DNA of 44,860 nt from a virus (taxonomy: Duplodnaviria; Caudoviricetes): positions 1-44,860 of IMG/VR virus record IMGVR_UViG_3300037311_000490; one strand, 5' to 3'. The translations under genes were made by a program, and so were the position numbers. Positions 43,937-44,860 of this stretch are shown piece after piece. Position 1 is the stretch's first letter; each line of letters begins with the position of its first letter. The notes below the pieces were generated by a model that worked only from the letters and a program-made list of their open reading frames with translations, had not been told where the DNA came from and ran no database searches.

Positions 43937-44860
43937 ATGTCAGTCTCTGATCGACAACCCTGGGCGCAGAAGCAGGCAGTCTTCGTCGATGCCCTGCCCT
44001 TGCGCCGCGCTGCACTGGCGCATGTGCTTTCCGATTGGGCCCGCGATGCAGGGCTTGCCCTGCACGCCTTGGAGAAGTTGCCGGAGGCAGGGGACCTGCC
44101 GGGCGATGCTGTCGGCATCATCATCGTGGCGCCCAGCGGCGGGCTGCATGACATGGTTGCACTGGGTGATCTGGTGCGGCAGGTGGGCCTGCGCTGGCCC
44201 GGGCGGCCGCTGGTGCTGCTCTCCGATCATGATGACGCGGATACGGTGATCCTCGCCGTCAAGGCGGGTGTGCGCGGCTTCGTGCCGACCCGGCTGGACC
44301 CCGCCGTGGCCGTGCAGGCGCTCAGCTTCGTCGTGGCGGGCGGTGTGTTCTTTCCGCCTTCCGCGCTGCTGGAGCGGGGCCTGCGCGCGGATATCGCCGA
44401 GGGGCCGGGCGCCAGCCAGCCGAACGGGCGGGGAGAGGCGATCAATGGCCACCACCATGGGCTTGCGGCCTTGACGGCGCGCCAGCAGGAGGTGCTGCGC
44501 CTGTTGCGGCAGGGCAGTTCCAACAAGGTGATCGCGCGCCTGCTGGACATGCGGGAATCCACCGTGAAGGTGCATGTGCGGCAGATCATGCGCAAGCTCG
44601 GCGCGGCCAACCGCACGCAGGCGGCGCTGTATTTCGCCGAGGCGGACAAGGTGGCGGCGCGGCTGGCGCCCGAGGCCTATGGCGGCTCCGAGACGCCCTG
44701 CTTCACGCCGACCCTCGGTGCCCTGACCGACCCGGGCGGCACGCGAGCGGAGGCGCCGACGCCCCGTGGCGTGGGCGCCAGCCCCGAAATCCTCCCCGAA
44801 CTGGCCAACGGCCGGGCCGGGCCGGATGTGATGGGTTACGCCATCGCCGCCGGCAAATAG
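43937..44860 (+). CDS. Host LuxR/NarL-family regulator with atypical receiver domain
   Basis: GGAGG RBS; LTARQQEVLRLLRQGSSNKVIARLLDMRESTVKVHVRQIMRKLGAANRTQAA. Confidence 0.92.
   Translation: MSVSDRQPWAQKQAVFVDALPLRRAALAHVLSDWARDAGLALHALEKLPEAGDLPGDAVGIIIVAPSGGLHDMVALGDLVRQVGLRWPGRPLVLLSDHDDADTVILAVKAGVRGFVPTRLDPAVAVQALSFVVAGGVFFPPSALLERGLRADIAEGPGASQPNGRGEAINGHHHGLAALTARQQEVLRLLRQGSSNKVIARLLDMRESTVKVHVRQIMRKLGAANRTQAALYFAEADKVAARLAPEAYGGSETPCFTPTLGALTDPGGTRAEAPTPRGVGASPEILPELANGRAGPDVMGYAIAAGK

Noticed and set aside
43281-44015. ORFs in the host intergenic region (43281-44015 minus, 43380-43667, 43511-43843, 43627-43950)
   Set aside because: Atypical composition, no motifs, and some span the predicted prophage junction.

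Overview
Nearly complete Mu-like (transposable) myovirus prophage in a high-GC genome, probably alphaproteobacterial (inferred from GC and gene content). It runs from beyond the left edge of the window to a predicted right end at 43392 and is followed by a host LuxR-family regulator. Gene order: two secreted-protein genes behind a leftward S24 repressor; ner, ParB-like, MuA, MuB; semi-essential early genes (DnaA domain IV protein, DUF3164, HTH-thermonuclease fusion, C5 methyltransferase, GemA, Mor/C activator); lysis cassette; Mu-type head genes; P2-type baseplate and tail genes interrupted by a cassette of about 7.6 kb of extra tailspike/fibre genes; and an adenine methyltransferase in the mom position. 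Most notable: (i) a perfect four-way-junction RNA structure ahead of the terminal methyltransferase, with a loop complementary to the sequence next to the RBS; (ii) a MuF protein with a PBECR-like nuclease tail, no immunity ORF and a structured non-coding region behind it; (iii) a thrice-repeated GGTGA-N6-TCACC dyad at the heads of three late operons; (iv) a multi-receptor-binding-protein cassette with an in-frame 48-bp repeat and no invertase. All family calls come from motif recognition and synteny by eye; no searches were run.
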